A DNA stretch of 64,000 bases, from the IMG/VR virus record IMGVR_UViG_3300025372_000001; one strand, 5' to 3'. The notes under the pieces were generated by a model. The model saw only the letters and a list, made by a program, of their open reading frames with translations. It had not been told where the DNA came from and did no database searches. This stretch comes from a virus. Taxonomy: Duplodnaviria; Caudoviricetes. The position numbers were made by a program, and so were the translations under genes. Positions 10,076 through 18,812 of this stretch are shown in pieces. Each line of letters starts with the position of its first letter. Positions within the stretch are counted from its first letter, which is position 1.

Positions 10076-10756
10076 ATGCAAATAAAGAGAAAACTGATAG
10101 TCGAATCGCCCTTATACGATCTTCAATATGAAATGGTTCAAGAGAACAAAGAAGCGGATAAGAAAATATATTTTTCTGGCCCCTTTATCGTTTTGAATAA
10201 AAAAAATAAAAATGGTCGCATTTATGAAGAGGATGAAATGGTTCCAGCCGTTAATAATTTTATCGAAGAGTATGTAAAGAAAAATAGAGCGGGGGGTGAA
10301 TGTAATCACAGCGATTCCCCAGATGTATCGTTGGAACGTATTGCTCATAAGATAATATCGCTAAAACGGGATAATAATGATTCTGATGCATATATCGGTA
10401 AATCAGAAGTTATTACTGCTAATCCTGCTGGCCGCATCCTCGAAGGGCTTATAAAATCAAATTTTATATTCGGAGCCTCAACAAAATGCTTAGGTGTCAT
10501 ACAAGAATCATCTAGTGGAAACCTAGTAAAAAATCCTATCTTGATCGCGGTTGACGCCGTATACGAGCCTAGTGGTATGAACTGTTATGTCCAAGGAATT
10601 TTAGAAAATAGAGAATATATTATTGGAGATGATGGAAGGGTGGCGGAGGCTTATGCTGCATTAGATAAAAAACTATCTAAGTATCCTTCCAAGCATTCTG
10701 ATGAGATTCGTGCATATATTGTAGAGAATTTACAAAAGTTCCTTGCTAAGATTTAA
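10076..10756 (+). CDS. gp21: Prohead protease gp21
   Basis: GPFIVLNKKNKNGRIY, RAGGECNH (His), GASTKCLG (Ser), DAVYEPSG; upstream of the core and capsid genes. Confidence 0.85.
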   Translation: MQIKRKLIVESPLYDLQYEMVQENKEADKKIYFSGPFIVLNKKNKNGRIYEEDEMVPAVNNFIEEYVKKNRAGGECNHSDSPDVSLERIAHKIISLKRDNNDSDAYIGKSEVITANPAGRILEGLIKSNFIFGASTKCLGVIQESSSGNLVKNPILIAVDAVYEPSGMNCYVQGILENREYIIGDDGRVAEAYAALDKKLSKYPSKHSDEIRAYIVENLQKFLAKI

Positions 10757-10757
10757 T

Positions 10758-11048
10758 ATGGAAAACTTAGAAACCATTTATGAGAGTATGATAACTCCTG
10801 TGCAGGTTGGTCCTTTGACATTTACTAAGGAACCGATTGAATCTAATATTATTGATGTGGAAGAAGGGGATAATTTATCTGAGGAGCAAGAGGTTAAAAT
10901 TGCTAAGCAGATATTGAAGCAAGTGGATCAATTAGATATGGCGGCGGATGAAGCGGCGGTTAAGTCATATCGTAGGAAGTTAGAAAGTATTGCAGATAGT
11001 ATTAGGGATTTGGCTAATCAATTTATTCAAGGACATCCGGGAATTTAA
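10758..11048 (+). CDS. Acidic hypothetical protein with leader (MENLETIYE)
   Basis: Start moved to ATG 10758, directly after the gp21 stop. Confidence 0.65.
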   Translation: MENLETIYESMITPVQVGPLTFTKEPIESNIIDVEEGDNLSEEQEVKIAKQILKQVDQLDMAADEAAVKSYRRKLESIADSIRDLANQFIQGHPGI

Positions 11049-11054
11049 TTAAAT

Positions 11055-11597
11055 ATGAAGTTTAGTGAATTTTATAAATTGTTGGTGGAGAGTCCTAGTA
11101 TGGACAATTCTGTTCCACAATCTTCGGAACAAAATATACAAAATGATGAAAACTTCATGCAGGATTTAATTCCCATGGGAAAGTTGTGGGGTTATAATTT
11201 CTTTCGTCATATAAGAATAAACGGTAATGTATCTTATTATCTTTTAGACGAAAAGAATATTAACATTATTCTTAATGTATCTATTCAAAAGTTAAAATCA
11301 AGTTACGAGGTTAATTATATATGGAAATCTAAATCATCGGAGAAAGGATTAATGACTAAATTCTTTAAGGAATTTTTGATTCCAAAATATAAAGTATTGG
11401 AATCTTCTACAAGTCATAGTACTGTTGCTAAGAATTTTTGGTTTAATTTTATCAAGAATAATTTAGGGGTTTATAGGTTTTCATTTTTAAATCACGGAAA
11501 GAATGAAATCTTTATTGATGATATGGTAACTTTGAAGGTAGAGGAGAACTATATTTGGAAATGGTCATATATTACTTTACGAATTTATGAAAAGTAA
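11055..11597 (+). CDS. GNAT-like protein with capsid-targeting-like leader
   Basis: Leader MKFSEFYKLLVE; KGLMTKFF...LESSTSHS...KNFW resembles the GNAT C-terminal pattern; paralog at 23933-24508. Confidence 0.5.
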   Translation: MKFSEFYKLLVESPSMDNSVPQSSEQNIQNDENFMQDLIPMGKLWGYNFFRHIRINGNVSYYLLDEKNINIILNVSIQKLKSSYEVNYIWKSKSSEKGLMTKFFKEFLIPKYKVLESSTSHSTVAKNFWFNFIKNNLGVYRFSFLNHGKNEIFIDDMVTLKVEENYIWKWSYITLRIYEK

Positions 11598-11605
11598 ATA
11601 TCGGG

Positions 11606-12274
11606 ATGGTTCACACTTTAGATAAGATTAATCAACCAAAGCAATATAATGATATTCACAAAAATATCATTAAAGATTTATATAATGGAGAGAATTTAAT
11701 TATATCGCAGAATCGCGGTTGTTTCGTTTCCACTATATTGATCTTTTATTGTTTGAATAAGATTAAAGAGAATCCAAATATTCTTATTAATTATTGTGGA
11801 GCGAATGGGTCATTTTCCCGTCATTTCGTTTCGACTCTAGTAAATTATGGAGCATTGTTTAACTTAGATGGATGGGCATTAAACGATAATATAGATCGAG
11901 ATGTTTTTTGTGAAAAAAATTATGATATTAGTATCTTTGATGGAATGTATGGATATTCGCATTTTTTTTCTGATTTTTTCAAGATTAAATCAAAGCAAAA
12001 AATCTTTACATGTTATTGTAAAGCAGCAATAACTCAAGTAGAAAAATATGGTAGTTTTGAAGGATTTAATTTACATACTCTTCAAGCTGAATCGGTTTAT
12101 ACTAAAGAAGAATTAGAACAGATTAGAAAGACATACGATACTAGTATTCATGATGATTGGAATGAAAGTGATTATCTTAAAGATTATGGAGATTTAACTA
12201 AAGATCATTCATTGCCAAGAGAAGCATATCATAGAGGACTTCCTGAACTTGATGATTATCTGGCAAGTCTTTAA
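11606..12274 (+). CDS. Degenerate terminase-large-subunit ATPase paralog (Walker A lost)
   Basis: Ungapped 33-aa match to the gp17 Walker A region (9 identities), with GK replaced by FV; Walker B-like ISIFDG. Confidence 0.55.
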   Translation: MVHTLDKINQPKQYNDIHKNIIKDLYNGENLIISQNRGCFVSTILIFYCLNKIKENPNILINYCGANGSFSRHFVSTLVNYGALFNLDGWALNDNIDRDVFCEKNYDISIFDGMYGYSHFFSDFFKIKSKQKIFTCYCKAAITQVEKYGSFEGFNLHTLQAESVYTKEELEQIRKTYDTSIHDDWNESDYLKDYGDLTKDHSLPREAYHRGLPELDDYLASL

Positions 12275-12282
12275 ATACTGGA

Positions 12283-12537
12283 ATGCACAAGAAGGCATTT
12301 AAATTGAACTATCATCATTGTGCAATTTGTGATATTGATGAATATGAATTATTAGATGTTCATCGAATTAAAGAAGGCGAAGAATATTCGTTACAAAATT
12401 GTATTTGTTTATGTTGTAACTGTCATAGGAAACATCATTCAGGATTGATTAAAATTCTGAATAAGAGATATTCATCTAATGGATATTTTCTAGAATATTT
12501 GGATGAAGAGGGTAAAGAAATGTTTAAGATTCTTTAA
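12283..12537 (+). CDS. Small HNH endonuclease
   Basis: CAIC...LDVHRI...NCICLCCNCHRKHH. Confidence 0.8.
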   Translation: MHKKAFKLNYHHCAICDIDEYELLDVHRIKEGEEYSLQNCICLCCNCHRKHHSGLIKILNKRYSSNGYFLEYLDEEGKEMFKIL

Positions 12538-12540
12538 ATA

Positions 12541-12942
12541 TTAGCAATGCCATTTTCTTAAACTTTTGTTCACTCTGCTATTAGGATCATGTGCAGTTTC
12601 AGCAGAAGTTAGTTTAGCTTTTAAGCCTTTCATACGGGAACAGAATGATTTTCTACGTTTAGCAGATTTGCTTCCTTTTTTCAATTTAGAAGGATCGGTA
12701 GTTACGGCAGTTTTTAGTTTGGAACCGGGATGTTCTTTTTTATAAGATTCGACTCCTTTTTTATTAAGTCCGCCTTCGGGATTTTTACCTTCTTTTCTTT
12801 GCCATGCAGGGGTTGAACTTTCTTCAACGGGAACACAATCAGGAACCATCTTCTTTCCTTTCTTTTTCATTCCTACTTTTTTATAGCCTTTCCAACAAGC
12901 TTCCAAGATAGAATTTATATAGTCATCGAATTTATCAGTCAT
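12541..12942 (-). CDS. Conserved basic T4-like-phage protein (DUF6321-like) with leader
   Basis: CWKGYKKVGMKKKG...AWQRKEGKNPEGGLN...RRKSFCSRM...SRVNKSLRKWHC, recalled from T4-like cyanophage proteins. Confidence 0.6.
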   Translation of the reverse strand: MTDKFDDYINSILEACWKGYKKVGMKKKGKKMVPDCVPVEESSTPAWQRKEGKNPEGGLNKKGVESYKKEHPGSKLKTAVTTDPSKLKKGSKSAKRRKSFCSRMKGLKAKLTSAETAHDPNSRVNKSLRKWHC

Positions 12943-12978
12943 ATAATTTTATTTACATATGACTGATAAGATTAATGA

Positions 12979-13221
12979 TTATTTCGGTGCAGGAATATAT
13001 TCAGGGTCTGGGATTATATATTCATCATCATAGAAGCGTTCCCATTCACATTTTTTATGTCCTTCACAAGTATAGAAATACCAATAATGATGTTCTTCCG
13101 CTGTTTCCATTTTAAACCAGCATTTCACATTTCCCCAACAAGGTTGATTAAGAGAAGAGATATGATCCCAATTACATTCTTCGCCATGTTCACCGGTCTT
13201 ATATGATTTTGATTTAAACAT
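12979..13221 (-). CDS. Small Cys/His-rich protein, copy 3 of tandem family
   Basis: True start ATG 13221 (MFKSKSY...PCWGNV...CEGH...YIP); overlaps the stop of copy 2. Confidence 0.7.
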   Translation of the reverse strand: MFKSKSYKTGEHGEECNWDHISSLNQPCWGNVKCWFKMETAEEHHYWYFYTCEGHKKCEWERFYDDEYIIPDPEYIPAPK

Positions 13222-13429
13222 TTGGTTCAGGAATATAATCAGGATATGGACGTTTGCAGAAATCTTCCCATTTTTCATATTCAACAGGAACAAATTCAGA
13301 AATGTCATCTGGATAAAGTTCTTTCATAAATATATCCCAATAAGAGGTTTCTTCCGTTGAGAAACTTATGAAGTTACATTCTGCTCCACCACAACAATTA
13401 GATTTTTTATATGATTTTGATTTAAACAT
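13214..13429 (-). CDS. Small Cys-rich protein, copy 2 of tandem family
   Basis: MFKSKSY..CCGGAECNFISFSTEE...YIPEPNV. Confidence 0.7.
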   Translation of the reverse strand: MFKSKSYKKSNCCGGAECNFISFSTEETSYWDIFMKELYPDDISEFVPVEYEKWEDFCKRPYPDYIPEPNV

Positions 13430-13649
13430 TTAGTTCAGGAATATAATAATCGTTGTTGTAATTATCAGCTAATTCTCTATGTCCTTCACATGCATGTATC
13501 CATTCACAATCAGTAAAATCTTCATTGCATTGTTCATCTACAACTTCGACATCTCCCCAACAAGGTTTCTCTTCTGTTGAAAGAAAGGCATAGGTGCAAC
13601 CATCGCCACAACATGCCCCAGGATTATAAGATTTACTATAATGTTTCAT
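13422..13649 (-). CDS. Small Cys/His-rich protein, copy 1 of tandem family
   Basis: SKSY..CCGDGC...LSTEEKPCWGDV...CEGH...YIPELNV. Confidence 0.7.
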   Translation of the reverse strand: MKHYSKSYNPGACCGDGCTYAFLSTEEKPCWGDVEVVDEQCNEDFTDCEWIHACEGHRELADNYNNDYYIPELNV

Positions 13650-13651
13650 AA

Positions 13652-14998
13652 TTAAATTTCCTCAATAATAGATTCTTGTGTTTCCGTATCAATTTCACCT
13701 TTATCAAGTTCAATCGATTCTGCGGTCAGAAAACGAAAAGATTTCAATTTGTATACTTCCCATTGATTAGGTTTATCGACTCTAACAATAACCCCTTCGG
13801 CAGGAGTATTCGGCACCTTTACACAATATCTACAATCCTTTTCTAGATAATCATCAATCATTTGTTGAAGAAAATCTTCTTGCCAATGATTATCTTTTTG
13901 AAGATCATATAAATCTTTCACTTTACCGTAGTAATGAACATATGGTGTTTTGATACCATAACGGTTACAATACTCTACCATTTGAGGATGAGATAGTTCA
14001 AAAACATCGCCGTTGTTATTAGTGAAAGTCATTCGATAAACAATACAATCTAATGAACCTTCTGCACAACCATAATCGTATGGTTTTTGGATCATAGCGC
14101 CAGTAGGAGTATAGCCAACAATTTCACCATAAAAACTATAACCTTGTTTTAGAGAAGGAGATAGTCTATCAGATGCAATTTTCCAAACATCAGTATCATA
14201 ATAATGATTATTTTCTTTATCATCATTTAATGCTTGATTCTTTATGACACTACGAGATGAAAAAAGAATGCCGTATTCTGTATCTTTTACATCAGCACCA
14301 AAGAACTTAGCAATCTTTTCTTTTAGAGAAAGTTTCTTTTTAACTATAACATTGGAAACAACAAATGATGTGCCGTGGTACTTTTCAGTAATAGCAATAG
14401 TATCGTCCCAAGCAAGTTTAGACATATTTTTCTTTAACTGTTCAGTTGAAGGATGAAAATGAAATTGATTTTCAACTAATTTAGATTGATATTTCTTGAC
14501 ATTACCTCTAGTCTTTTTAGAAGTATTATTAGGAATACGTTGCCCTTGTGGAATATATTTCCGACATAGTTGATGATCTAAAATAGTATCAAAATCAGTT
14601 CCTTCAAAAGTGCCATCAATCACAACTGTTTTACCAAGAACATCTTTGATAAAGGATTCGAGAGAAGAAACAGGAATAATATATCCTTCACTTTTTTGTG
14701 AACGTAAGCTCAGGGCTTTCACCCGACCTGATGAAGAGAAGAACGCCTTAGTAGTTTTATCCGCATTCAAATCTTTATCAGAATATGAATTAGAATAAGA
14801 AAGAAAATCTTTACTGATTGCACATTCTAAAGGAAAATAACAATATAGTCCCGGTTGAGAATTAATACCGGTAATTACTACATTTCCTTGAACATTTGCT
14901 AGAAGAAGACGATCCGCATTAGGGTGACTTCTAAAAGAATCAATTCGTACAATTGATGCGAGATAATTAATGTTGTGATCTTTTGATTTTGAGAACAT
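13652..14998 (-). CDS. RNA ligase, DRB0094/Rnl2-like family
   Basis: N-terminal HPNADRL domain; motif I TEKYHGTS; FYGEIVG; EGVIVR; YKLKS. Confidence 0.8.
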   Translation of the reverse strand: MFSKSKDHNINYLASIVRIDSFRSHPNADRLLLANVQGNVVITGINSQPGLYCYFPLECAISKDFLSYSNSYSDKDLNADKTTKAFFSSSGRVKALSLRSQKSEGYIIPVSSLESFIKDVLGKTVVIDGTFEGTDFDTILDHQLCRKYIPQGQRIPNNTSKKTRGNVKKYQSKLVENQFHFHPSTEQLKKNMSKLAWDDTIAITEKYHGTSFVVSNVIVKKKLSLKEKIAKFFGADVKDTEYGILFSSRSVIKNQALNDDKENNHYYDTDVWKIASDRLSPSLKQGYSFYGEIVGYTPTGAMIQKPYDYGCAEGSLDCIVYRMTFTNNNGDVFELSHPQMVEYCNRYGIKTPYVHYYGKVKDLYDLQKDNHWQEDFLQQMIDDYLEKDCRYCVKVPNTPAEGVIVRVDKPNQWEVYKLKSFRFLTAESIELDKGEIDTETQESIIEEI

Positions 14999-15003
14999 GA
15001 TTT

Positions 15004-15032
15004 ACTGTATCATGGTTTAGAGGTTAAGTCAA
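15004..15032 (-). promoter_or_regulatory. Sigma70-type early promoter TTGACT-17-TACAGT
   Basis: -35 at 15027-15032, extended -10 at 15004-15009, 5 nt before the RNA ligase ATG. Confidence 0.8.
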
Positions 15033-15039
15033 TTGCTTT

Positions 15040-15513
15040 TTAAATATCAGGTAAAGGATGTTTTAAACATTCAGGAACTTCAATACGAGCAAATCTAGCC
15101 CAATATTGTTTTGTAAGCTTACTGTTATAAGGCCATTCTTTTTCAGTTAAAAACTCAGAAAACGTGATATAAGTGTCATGTTCTTTGAGATAATCTTTAA
15201 TAGGTGGCGCTTTCTCTTTAATGGTATCTGGAACAGTAGTATTTGCCACTAATGCTTCAAAAATTTCATTACTATTAATAGTTACGTCTTCTTGATATGG
15301 CGCAATAACATTATCAATAAATTCTTCAAGGGTATCAAATAATATGATTGCTGCTTCCCATGCTAAACGATTATTTCTAAAACATTCTTCATAATTTTTT
15401 GTATAGAATTTTCCGGTGATACAATCAAATAATCCTATAGGACCATCCAAATCATCTTCTGCTACATTAAATCCGTATTCTCTTAACTGTTGTTTTGCTA
15501 TTTTGTTATCCAT
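15040..15513 (-). CDS. Hypothetical protein, early paralog family member
   Basis: YGFNVAEDDLDGPIGLFD motif shared with three neighbouring genes. Confidence 0.65.
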   Translation of the reverse strand: MDNKIAKQQLREYGFNVAEDDLDGPIGLFDCITGKFYTKNYEECFRNNRLAWEAAIILFDTLEEFIDNVIAPYQEDVTINSNEIFEALVANTTVPDTIKEKAPPIKDYLKEHDTYITFSEFLTEKEWPYNSKLTKQYWARFARIEVPECLKHPLPDI

Positions 15514-15518
15514 AAATT

Positions 15519-15902
15519 TTATCTCTTTAAAAATCCTTCATTGTTACTAACCTTACCACATGCTAATCCTGCTTCATTAATTAATGCAAATTTAACAAAT
15601 TCTTTATCGAAGTTCTTGAATACTTCATAAAATGCAACTTTATTTCTTGGATCATTACTGGCTCTTAAGGAAGCAAAATAACCAGGAAGTCCACCGACTT
15701 TATATTCAACCGCCTCCACGTAAACATATTTATGATTAGGATTTTCACGGGGAACATTCTTAATTGTGTTATTAGTACAATCAAAAATATCAATAGGTCC
15801 ACGCATATTAACAGGGCTTACATAAAAACCATATTGCGCACAAATATTACGAAAATCTTGTTCAGTGAATTTGAGAGAGGAAGAAAGGAATGAGTTAGAC
15901 AT
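15519..15902 (-). CDS. Hypothetical protein, early paralog family member
   Basis: FRNICAQYGFYVSPVNMRGPIDIFD. Confidence 0.65.
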   Translation of the reverse strand: MSNSFLSSSLKFTEQDFRNICAQYGFYVSPVNMRGPIDIFDCTNNTIKNVPRENPNHKYVYVEAVEYKVGGLPGYFASLRASNDPRNKVAFYEVFKNFDKEFVKFALINEAGLACGKVSNNEGFLKR

Positions 15903-15923
15903 TATAAGTAATTATTCCGAATT

Positions 15924-16292
15924 TTATAGATTTCTACGTCGTATTTCATAAAATCCTAAACAAGACTTGACCGCAGTATGTATTATAGGAAATAATAATT
16001 TCGCTTTTTTATATAAAGTATATTTTGATATTGCTCCAAAACTGGCTTCTACTTCATTACAAAATAAACTAATAATATTAGGATTTTCAAACTTGTAAGG
16101 ATTCCTTTGCCATTGTTTATAATGCATTATTTCATGACGAATAATGACTTTTCGAGTGATCCAACTATTATAATTGTCCCATCCTTTTAAATATAGTTCA
16201 TTTAAAATAAGAGTAGGTATAGATTTTTTAATATTGAAACATCCCGCAAAAGGTTGTTCTTTATCATCTATATAAATTCTTTTAAATGTCAT
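15924..16292 (-). CDS. HEXXH zinc-metallopeptidase-like protein
   Basis: IIRHEIMHYKQW followed by a downstream E (NEVEA). Confidence 0.55.
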   Translation of the reverse strand: MTFKRIYIDDKEQPFAGCFNIKKSIPTLILNELYLKGWDNYNSWITRKVIIRHEIMHYKQWQRNPYKFENPNIISLFCNEVEASFGAISKYTLYKKAKLLFPIIHTAVKSCLGFYEIRRRNL

Positions 16293-16300
16293 AACAATTA

Positions 16301-16720
16301 TTAGAATTGTTTACTTGCAGCACAAGGTCCATCATGTCCTACTTCTCTGGAACATTCCCATCCTGGAGGAGGAACGTTACACCTTTCAGAATCTTCTTTT
16401 AAAAGTTCTGTTTCAAGTTGTCTAATAGTGAGTTCTAGATCAATGTTAACGTTATTTAATGCTCTTTCTAAGCGTTCCTTATCCGCCAAGAGAAATGCTC
16501 CTGCTTTTTCTAAATTTCTTTTTCGTGTTGTTGGACGAAATAAGTCCTTTCCCCAACAATCAGGCCACCAATTAATTGATTCATTAATATAAGCAAAAGC
16601 CCCCATTGCTAATTCACCATTAACATGTGAATCGTCATGGGCAGTTGACCATAAAGTCTTCTGTCGTTCTCTTTCTTTCGTAATTAGTTCTTTAGCGTTC
16701 ATATTAAAACTGTTTCCCAT
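16301..16720 (-). CDS. Conserved phage all-alpha protein (possible NTP pyrophosphatase-like) with C-terminal Cys/His motif
   Basis: ERERQ...HDDSHVNGELA...WP...RNLEKAGAFLLADKERL; tail CNVPPPGWECSREVGHDGPCAA. Confidence 0.55.
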   Translation of the reverse strand: MGNSFNMNAKELITKERERQKTLWSTAHDDSHVNGELAMGAFAYINESINWWPDCWGKDLFRPTTRKRNLEKAGAFLLADKERLERALNNVNIDLELTIRQLETELLKEDSERCNVPPPGWECSREVGHDGPCAASKQF

Positions 16721-17054
16721 TAGCTAATTTTCGTGCCTCATGCTTATGATCTTCTCTAGTGCGATTATATTCCATCTTCTCTTCAAATGCTCCTTGAAGA
16801 TCATAACCAAATGCAGCAGCATAGTCAAAAATCCTAATCAAAGTATCTACAAGTTCTACTTCTGCCATTTTTCGATGAGGAAGTTTATCATCCATTAGAT
16901 TCTTTCTTTCGCCTTCTAAGCATTCAGAAATTTCCGAATGAATTAATGCAAGTAGTTCCCCTTTATTACGGAAAAGAGGTTCTCCCGTTTCAATATTTTG
17001 CCACCATTTTTGGTTAGCAGCATGACAGATTTTAGCATATTCGTTTAGGTTCAT
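16704..17054 (-). CDS. MazG-like nucleotide pyrophosphohydrolase
   Basis: LALIHSEISECLEGER...EVELVDTLIRIFD...KMEYNRTR. Confidence 0.8.
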   Translation of the reverse strand: MNLNEYAKICHAANQKWWQNIETGEPLFRNKGELLALIHSEISECLEGERKNLMDDKLPHRKMAEVELVDTLIRIFDYAAAFGYDLQGAFEEKMEYNRTREDHKHEARKLANGKQF

Positions 17055-17057
17055 GTT

Positions 17058-17534
17058 TTATTTGTTTCTTCTTTTATCTACAACTTTAACAGGTTCAGGA
17101 TTAAATGAAAGATAATACTCTTTCATCAATTCATAAAGTAATTTATTAGGAACTGCTCGTTTTCGTCCAACTTCTAACCATTCATATTTCAAATAATCAT
17201 GACAGAATAATGCCACAGCACTTGATCTGGAGACACCTGCTTTACAGTTTACGATAACATTTTTATCTTTATGTTTCAAGATAAAATCTACAATTTCCTT
17301 GGCTTGTTCTTTAGTAGGAGGTTGTGCCCATTCATCTGTTCCAATTATAGGAACCTCCTTAACTATATCCCAAAAACTAATATGTAGATTAGGAAGCTCA
17401 TCCAGAAATTCATTTCTAATTGCATTATAGCTTGTATCGGGTTCACCGATTGCAATCCAAATTGCTTTGGCTGGATCAATATAGTGGGACCAATCTTCTG
17501 CCTCCTTACGAGGGATATTAACAACTGTTGTCAT
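17058..17534 (-). CDS. PTP/dual-specificity-like CX5R phosphatase
   Basis: VIVNCKAGVSRSSAVA (C-x5-R). Confidence 0.8.
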   Translation of the reverse strand: MTTVVNIPRKEAEDWSHYIDPAKAIWIAIGEPDTSYNAIRNEFLDELPNLHISFWDIVKEVPIIGTDEWAQPPTKEQAKEIVDFILKHKDKNVIVNCKAGVSRSSAVALFCHDYLKYEWLEVGRKRAVPNKLLYELMKEYYLSFNPEPVKVVDKRRNK

Positions 17535-17536
17535 AA

Positions 17537-18007
17537 TTATACTTTAAACCATGCTCCTCGTACAATGAAACGAATTTTATTTTTTCTTAAATTATCAAGA
17601 AAAGTTTGCGTTATTCCATCCTTTGACAATCCTGATTCCTCAATTTTAATATCTTCTATGCGTGTAATTCGATAAAACGAAAAAACATTATAATCAAGTT
17701 TATTTCGAAGCAAGTCTACTTCATTAATAAAAAGTGATTTTTCAGTCATTACCCACATACTACCTGCTTCCACTGCCCAATTATCATCTCTAAATGGAGG
17801 AATATACGAATCATCATATATATCCTTCCTGCTCTTATTATACAATGCCACAGGATGTTTCATATTGGTGTCACATACATGAAATCCGGCATTTCTAAAA
17901 ATATCTTTAACTTCTTTTTCTGTTGGAATCCAATCTCGACTCTCTGATCCAAATAAAGGAACAACACATAATCCTGGTAACATTTTTAATAAATTTCTTC
18001 TATTCAT
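17537..18007 (-). CDS. Hypothetical protein, early paralog family member
   Basis: WIPTEKEVKDIFRNAGFHVCDTNMKHPVALYN. Confidence 0.7.
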   Translation of the reverse strand: MNRRNLLKMLPGLCVVPLFGSESRDWIPTEKEVKDIFRNAGFHVCDTNMKHPVALYNKSRKDIYDDSYIPPFRDDNWAVEAGSMWVMTEKSLFINEVDLLRNKLDYNVFSFYRITRIEDIKIEESGLSKDGITQTFLDNLRKNKIRFIVRGAWFKV

Positions 18008-18019
18008 AACGATATACTT

Positions 18020-18048
18020 ATTTTAATCCATACTAACCAATCTTGCAA
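18020..18048 (-). promoter_or_regulatory. Sigma70-type promoter TTGCAA-17-TAAAAT
   Basis: Direct reading; 12 nt before ATG 18007. Confidence 0.6.
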
Positions 18049-18077
18049 CATATTGTTTTATTTTTCCCTCGTCATAT

Positions 18078-18530
18078 TTATGATAACTTAGGGTTCTTTA
18101 ATAGAATATATTGGAGCATCCATCGGTTAAAAGATTTAAACTTAAATTGACTAAAATCTTTTGTAATAATAGCATTGTGAAAATCACGGATACTGTCCTC
18201 CGCATTCTTAGGAGCAACAGTGGGTTCCATTCTCTCATATTCTGAAAGTTCATGGAAAACAAATACATTAGCCCCATCCGATTTAGCTTTCTTTGCATAT
18301 GTAACTATATCTTCCTTAGTGTATAAAAGGTAGAAATCTCTGGCAAATGCAATCTTCCCTTGCAAATCTACTTCTTCATTAGGAGACGAAGCATAAAACA
18401 TTTTATTCTCGTTCAAATCGTATATTCCAACAGGATTAGGACAGTTATCACTAATATGAAACCCTTCATTTCTAAAAATATCTTTTATTTCTTCTTCTGT
18501 TGGATACCAACTATTTTCTTGATCGTTCAT
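18078..18530 (-). CDS. Hypothetical protein, early paralog family member
   Basis: WYPTEEEIKDIFRNEGFHISDNCPNPVGIYD; close N-terminal match to 17537-18007. Confidence 0.7.
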   Translation of the reverse strand: MNDQENSWYPTEEEIKDIFRNEGFHISDNCPNPVGIYDLNENKMFYASSPNEEVDLQGKIAFARDFYLLYTKEDIVTYAKKAKSDGANVFVFHELSEYERMEPTVAPKNAEDSIRDFHNAIITKDFSQFKFKSFNRWMLQYILLKNPKLS

Positions 18531-18538
18531 ATATCCAT

Positions 18539-18567
18539 AGTCTAACCCACAATTATTCCAAAAGCAA
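18539..18567 (-). promoter_or_regulatory. Sigma70-type promoter TTGCTT-17-TAGACT
   Basis: Direct reading; heads the early block, 8 nt before ATG 18530. Confidence 0.65.
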
Positions 18568-18610
18568 TGACTATTTGTTTTATTTTTCTCTCTTGATAAA
18601 TATTATCACC

Positions 18611-18778
18611 ATGACTAGCGAAGCTCAATCCCATATTCAAAAATTCCTCTATAACCTATCTACTGGCAATTATGCCCATGCAGATAAAGAACTCAATAAA
18701 GTCGTTACCCAAAAAGTAAATGATCGTTACCAAGCTGCACTAGAGAAAATTCAAAATCCTCCTACGAAGACAAAATAA
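18611..18778 (+). CDS. Small prohead core protein (gp67-like)
   Basis: True start ATG 18611 after a TAAATA box; helical; directly upstream of gp22-gp23. Confidence 0.5.
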   Translation: MTSEAQSHIQKFLYNLSTGNYAHADKELNKVVTQKVNDRYQAALEKIQNPPTKTK

Positions 18779-18812
18779 TAGAATTTACATTTATTGAATA
18801 AATAATCCTTAT

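Noticed and set aside
12283-12537. HNH protein as part of a defence or toxin system
   Set aside because: Small stand-alone HNH genes near head genes are common in phages, and no partner or immunity gene is evident.
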